Below are positions 59,500 to 64,000 of a stretch of DNA of 64,000 nucleotides, one piece after another. The stretch is from a virus: the IMG/VR virus record IMGVR_UViG_3300009506_000002, positions 64,001 through 128,000 of that record; one strand, written 5' to 3'. The stretch's first letter is position 1. Each line of letters begins with the position of its first letter. Under the pieces are notes generated by a model. It saw nothing but the letters and a program-made list of their open reading frames with translations. It ran no database searches and had not been told where the DNA came from. The translations under genes were made by a program, and so were the position numbers.

Positions 59500-60765
59500 T
59501 TAGAGTCTCCAGAGCATGCCTGAGATTTGGTTGAGAGGAGCGAACAGGCCAGTGAGTTTCAGCAACTCGCCCTTATAGAAGAACGTGATGCCTTCGGTCG
59601 GAACCAGCTTTTCAATGCCGCCAATCTTGTTGATGCGGTCGAGCTCCAGACGCAGCTTGGCAATGACATCTGGGTCAGTTGACTTCTCAAGCGTCTTGAC
59701 TGTAGAGTGGAACTTCTGTCGCATGTTGTCAAGGGTGTGATCAGGGTTGACTGCAATCAAGGTATCGATTCCCTGTAGCACTTCAACACCTACGCGCAGG
59801 AACAGAACCTCGAATGGCAAGTGCATTCGCTTGCTCTCGTTCTTGGCTTCTCTCTTGTCGAAGTTCTTGACCTTCTGCGCCAGTGCTTTGTCGAGACCCT
59901 TGGCGATAGTATTGATATTTGGGGTTTTGATGCCATGCGCCCAACGATTGACCAGTGCCTTCTTGGTTGCTTCATCAACTGCTGCAAAGTTCTTCGCCAC
60001 GTAAGATGTCCAGTATGAGGTTGTGTAGTCCTTGATCGTGTTGTTCCAGCTTAGACGCTGGCCCTTCATGATCTTGCCAAGCTCTGCAATGTGCTTCGCG
60101 CGTAGGGTATCGTAGTTTGGCATCTTCTGCAGACGCAGCTTATCGATCTCCTTGATTGTGAAGGTTGACTGTTTGTGAGCCTGCACTTTTTGGAGCATTT
60201 TTGCCAGCGCTGCACCATCGGCCTTGTTTAGCTGGCTGATAGGCTCGCCCGCTTCATTGTACTCGAGTGTACCGTGGAAGCGCAGTTCATCGACGCCGTA
60301 GTGAATGACGTTTGGGTTAGATGAGTACAACACCTCAACAGACATGAAGCGCTTGCCGTTCATGAAAATCTTGTCGCGTTGATCAGCAGACAGTTCCTTG
60401 ACCGCAGTCTCTAGGTCGCGTGCAGCTTCAACAAAGGCTGTTTCGATTGTGCCACGTCCTGCGAACATTGCCTTGACACCATCAACACCCATTGCATTTT
60501 CGCCTGCGTTCTTGAGGTGACTCTTGTTGCGTGCAGCAATCAGTCGTCCGCCACGCCATGAAACCAGAAGGTTCTGGCCGTCAGTCTTTTCGCGTGACCA
60601 TTCAAGTTCGCCCGAGAGTGACTTGTCGATGATGTCGCGTAGATCTTTGAAAGTGAAGGTCTCGATGTCAAATGGATGAGCGAGGTGACCGAAGCCACCA
60701 CCCTCATCTAGACGTTCTGATTCCTTGAGATAGGTCGAAAATCGCTTAATTGCAGGAGATGCCAT
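59500..60765 (-). CDS. ligase/capping-type (KxDG) nucleotidyltransferase-like virion protein
   Basis: EKTDG (motif I), EGI.F (IV), KLTG.F (V); N-terminal RFSTYLKE..LDEGG..GH..H; start placed at ATG 60765 after late promoter and SD. Confidence 0.65.
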   Translation of the reverse strand: MASPAIKRFSTYLKESERLDEGGGFGHLAHPFDIETFTFKDLRDIIDKSLSGELEWSREKTDGQNLLVSWRGGRLIAARNKSHLKNAGENAMGVDGVKAMFAGRGTIETAFVEAARDLETAVKELSADQRDKIFMNGKRFMSVEVLYSSNPNVIHYGVDELRFHGTLEYNEAGEPISQLNKADGAALAKMLQKVQAHKQSTFTIKEIDKLRLQKMPNYDTLRAKHIAELGKIMKGQRLSWNNTIKDYTTSYWTSYVAKNFAAVDEATKKALVNRWAHGIKTPNINTIAKGLDKALAQKVKNFDKREAKNESKRMHLPFEVLFLRVGVEVLQGIDTLIAVNPDHTLDNMRQKFHSTVKTLEKSTDPDVIAKLRLELDRINKIGGIEKLVPTEGITFFYKGELLKLTGLFAPLNQISGMLWRL

Positions 60766-60974
60766 GTATTCCTCATAGTTGAAAGATATACCACTATTTA
60801 TTAGATGACTCGCCACGTATCAAATTGACTGCGGGCGACATCGTCATGTGGAAAATATCATCTCCTTCGGCTTCACTGGCAGGCAGCCCCACCAGATCAT
60901 TGCCGCGTCTGGCAATCACGACGTAATCGTCAGGCACTTCATACAGTTTTCCTTCATATTCAAGAACAATCATG

Positions 60975-62405
60975 TTACACCTCAAATCCTGCAAATGGGT
61001 CTGCGCTGTACTTGCCTGGAGCATCCTTCGTTGGGTGAGGGAAGCCCTTTGGCAGTTCTCCTGCTGGCTCATGTGTCTGACCAGCACCTGGGTGGGTCTT
61101 GGTAGGATCCTCACATTCTGACAAGCGCATCTGTGCTCGGTCAATATTGAGGATTTCTGCAACGTTGCGCGTAACATCAGAGAATCTGTTCTTCAGTTGC
61201 TTCAACTTCATCTGACCCATCTGCGTAAGCTGATCGGTTACAATGATACCGATCATAAGGTCAGCCGTTGCTGGCAAGCCTGCTGATTCAGAAGTGTTGC
61301 TCAATTCAAGGTCAGAGCTTCCCCAACCGTCTCTGTTCGTCTGAGTAGATGAAATGATTGCAACATCCTGCTCTACAGCCAAGCCGCGCAGTTCTTCTGC
61401 AATTGACTTGACCAGCACGTAGGTGTTCTCACCATTTCTGATTCTGCTTGACGCGCAGATGTTCAGGTAGTCGATGAAGATGACATCTGGAATAAAGCGC
61501 TTCTTGATACGAAGCTCGCGCAGCAGGTGTCGGATATGGCCTACGTGCGCGCTGGCAGTAGGATACTCCTTTACCATCAGTTTGCCTGTGGTCTTTGCTC
61601 TTATTTGCTCCAGGCGACTGTCAAACGTTTCCTTAGGCAAACTCCTCAGATCAGCAATGTCAACACCCATAAGGTTTGCGTCGATACGCTCAGAGATGCG
61701 CTCTTCCGCCATTTCCATCGTGATATACAGGACATTCTTGCCCTGCATGAGGAAGTCTGCTGCCAGATGACACTTGACCAGTGTCTTACCTGCGTTGGTT
61801 GGCGCAAGCAGGATTGTCAGCGTTTTCTTTGGCAGTCCGCCGCCAGTGATCAGGTTGAGCCACTCAATCAGGAAGCGTAGGCGCTTCTCTTTCTTGTGGT
61901 AGAATTCCCAACGTGCGTCTGCGTTGTCAAGGTAGTCGTGACCGATGTTTGAATCGAACGAGACAGAGAGTGCATCTGCCAGCAACTCTGGAATCATGTT
62001 CTTGGTGCGCTTTTTGTCCTCACCTTGAATGATGCCAATTGAGTCCATGACCGCCAGATACACTGCCCTGTCCGAACAATAGGTCTCGGTTGTATCAATC
62101 AACCACTGAAAATCTGGCTTCTCACGTTTCGCAAACTGGGCAATCTCACCGACCTTGTTGATGATGCCCTTCATCTCGTCCTCAGTTACGTCAGAGCGAG
62201 TCTCGAGTTCCAGTACAAGCGCTTCCTTGGTTGGTGGGTTGCTGTACTTTTTGACAAAGATATCGTACTCGTCAAAGATGATACCGTTGACACGGGACTC
62301 GAAATATTCGCGCTTGAGATATGGCGCAACAGTACGAGCATAGGGCTCGTTGTAGATCAGTTGAGTGAGGATCTCGTCCTCAATCGAAACGTGTTCCAAA
62401 TCCAT
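60975..62405 (-). CDS. replicative helicase gp41
   Basis: A.T..GKT, LYITMEMAE..I..RIDAN, KEYPT, IDYLNIC, K.IAEELRGLA, TQTNR, SES.GLPATAD, KQLKNR. Confidence 0.95.
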   Translation of the reverse strand: MDLEHVSIEDEILTQLIYNEPYARTVAPYLKREYFESRVNGIIFDEYDIFVKKYSNPPTKEALVLELETRSDVTEDEMKGIINKVGEIAQFAKREKPDFQWLIDTTETYCSDRAVYLAVMDSIGIIQGEDKKRTKNMIPELLADALSVSFDSNIGHDYLDNADARWEFYHKKEKRLRFLIEWLNLITGGGLPKKTLTILLAPTNAGKTLVKCHLAADFLMQGKNVLYITMEMAEERISERIDANLMGVDIADLRSLPKETFDSRLEQIRAKTTGKLMVKEYPTASAHVGHIRHLLRELRIKKRFIPDVIFIDYLNICASSRIRNGENTYVLVKSIAEELRGLAVEQDVAIISSTQTNRDGWGSSDLELSNTSESAGLPATADLMIGIIVTDQLTQMGQMKLKQLKNRFSDVTRNVAEILNIDRAQMRLSECEDPTKTHPGAGQTHEPAGELPKGFPHPTKDAPGKYSADPFAGFEV

Positions 62406-62758
62406 TAAATGGCTCCGATGTGGACTTCACCTTGATCGTGAGTTGCTTCCGTTTTTGAAGGCAGTTGCCCTACGTACTCATCGATGATATTGATGGCAGC
62501 GGCCATTACCTTGCTGTCAAAGTCAGCGGGAATTTCCTGCTCAAAGCCGGCCACGATCTTGTAGTCGACGTCGAGTACTGGCATACCTGCAGACTCATCC
62601 ATCTCGGTGTGGATGTCATCAATCCGTATGGTGATGCCATCGATCAGAATACCCGTGCTGCCAGGATGGCCTTCAAGCTTCTGATCTTCCTCGAGCTCTA
62701 CCAGTTGAAAGGTAAAGCCCTCTTCGCCTTGATATGGTTCTACGATTTTTACTGTCAT
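62405..62758 (-). CDS. hypothetical protein at the gp40 position
   Basis: Between uvsX and gp41, matching T4 gene order; acidic. Confidence 0.45.
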   Translation of the reverse strand: MTVKIVEPYQGEEGFTFQLVELEEDQKLEGHPGSTGILIDGITIRIDDIHTEMDESAGMPVLDVDYKIVAGFEQEIPADFDSKVMAAAINIIDEYVGQLPSKTEATHDQGEVHIGAI

Positions 62759-63300
62759 TCGGATTCGTCCTCGTCGGTTAGAATTGCGTTTTCAGCCAGC
62801 ATGTACTTCTTCTCAATGTCCTTGACGAACGATGTACCTTCAAGGATTGGAGCCCAGAACTCCTTGGTCGAAGTCTGCTTGCGGTGTGTTTGCTTGTCAT
62901 CAGGAACACATGGTCTGGTGAAATAGCCGTTTCGTGGCTTGACAACATGACCAAACTCTTCCGCCAGTTCAAGAAGGCCTGACCACTTATCGACACCACC
63001 GTCGAACTTGACAGTGACAATGATCTTGCTCTTTTCCTTGACGTATCGAGACTTCTCGATGTTGATGACGAAGTTGTAACCAGCCAGATCCGAGCCTTCC
63101 TTCTCTTGCTGGCGTCCTACAATCCAGATGGTGTCTGAAGAGTAGATGCCGCCGGTGCCGCCTGATACAACAGCCTTTGAGAACATCTCCTGGGTATTAT
63201 GTGAAATTAGTCCGTTTCCAAGAACATACGAATGAGATGGCGTCTCAAAGTCATATACCCGGTCTCTCCTAACATTATGTCGTATGTTTTTTATTTTCAC
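62755..63300 (-). CDS. uvsX: split-intein C-part (35 aa) fused to the UvsX recombinase C-terminal part
   Basis: VYDFE..SHSY..GNG.ISHN|TQEMFSK.V.SGGTG..YS, GRQQ.K, EKSR.VKEKSK, SGLL. Confidence 0.9.
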   Translation of the reverse strand: MKIKNIRHNVRRDRVYDFETPSHSYVLGNGLISHNTQEMFSKAVVSGGTGGIYSSDTIWIVGRQQEKEGSDLAGYNFVINIEKSRYVKEKSKIIVTVKFDGGVDKWSGLLELAEEFGHVVKPRNGYFTRPCVPDDKQTHRKQTSTKEFWAPILEGTSFVKDIEKKYMLAENAILTDEDESE

Positions 63301-63985
63301 CTTTCTCTCCTCTTTTCCATCGCATGCCGTAGACTGGGTTGCCCGGCCCTCGGCGCTCTATGCTCATTTTTCTATTTCTTTCGGTGTAATCATATGCCTT
63401 TGTTGCTGCAATACGCCGAGCTTCTTGCTCTGGTGTAAAGTTTGCTCGAACAATCTTAGATGCATTCGATCTTCGCAATCTGCGAGCTTCTCTCAATTTG
63501 TCCTCGAGTCCGTTACAAACCGACCAATGACGCAATGATGAATTTACATTGTGCATAGACATTGAGTATTTTTCCGATATTTGTTGTACTGTATAATTGC
63601 CCATGACATACAAATTCCAAATAACCACACATTGATCGGAATAATCACAAAACCCATACTTTCTTGCCCAAGCATCACGAACCACATCAGAATGCCTCGC
63701 ATTCGTAATCCTTCTCACCCACCCATATAGTTTATTGTTTCTTCCGGGTAGTGAGGTTGACATCATAACACAAGCAAAAACCAACCCACTCACTTCCGGA
63801 TGCATCTTCAACAATAGCAGATGCGCCGTATAGTGTTCCTCAGGAAGAAGTTCGACAAGATTTGATTCGTCGTCTGATCCTCCCATACATCTGGGTAATA
63901 TATGGTGCCTTTCTAGATATTCGTTCAGAATATTCCTTTTTCTTGCTCGATCGATAAGTCTCTCGTAGTGTTTGCGATAATTCAT
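63275..63985 (-). mobile_element. free-standing HNH homing endonuclease upstream of the uvsX C-half
   Basis: Y...Y..LI..A, E.HHI.P.C.GG.D...NLV.L..EEH..AH.LL; C-terminal HTH-like and G..NP.YG motifs; AT-rich. Confidence 0.85.
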
Positions 63986-64000
63986 ACGTTCTAAACCCTT

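Overview
A 64-kb segment of a large T4-superfamily (myovirus) phage genome, about 50% GC by eye; the host cannot be identified from the sequence. Layout: (1-14.9 kb) baseplate and tail module: VrlC/DUF4815-like, gp8, gp7-like, gp6, gp25, gp5, gp27-like, gp53, gp48, gp4, gp2, gp54, gp26/gp51, tape measure. (14.9-53.3 kb) minus-strand replication, nucleotide-metabolism and accessory region: gp32, gp59, gp33, DsbA, thymidylate synthase, two RNA ligases, GroES, Acb1, DNA ligase, RNase H, topoisomerase II, RuvC-like, class II RNR, primase. This region is punctuated by 15 sigma70-type promoter cassettes. (53.3-60.8 kb) late-promoter cluster of probable head-packaged proteins. (61-64 kb) gp41, a gp40-position gene and the C-half of uvsX. 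Main observations: (a) stand-alone miniature look-alikes of virion-assembly proteins in the non-structural region: a Gol-peptide-like capsid fragment, a gp21-protease paralogue translationally coupled to Acb1, and a terminase-ATPase-like protein with altered catalytic residues. These may be immune decoys. (b) An injected-cargo cassette, including polyproteins punctuated by prohead-protease sites. (c) A -1 slippery site joining gp26 to gp51 just upstream of the tape measure. (d) Two naturally split inteins (nrdJ, uvsX). (e) A 3'-UTR hairpin with an anti-Shine-Dalgarno loop. All family calls are by motif recognition, with no database search; T4 reference sequences are quoted from memory and need verification.
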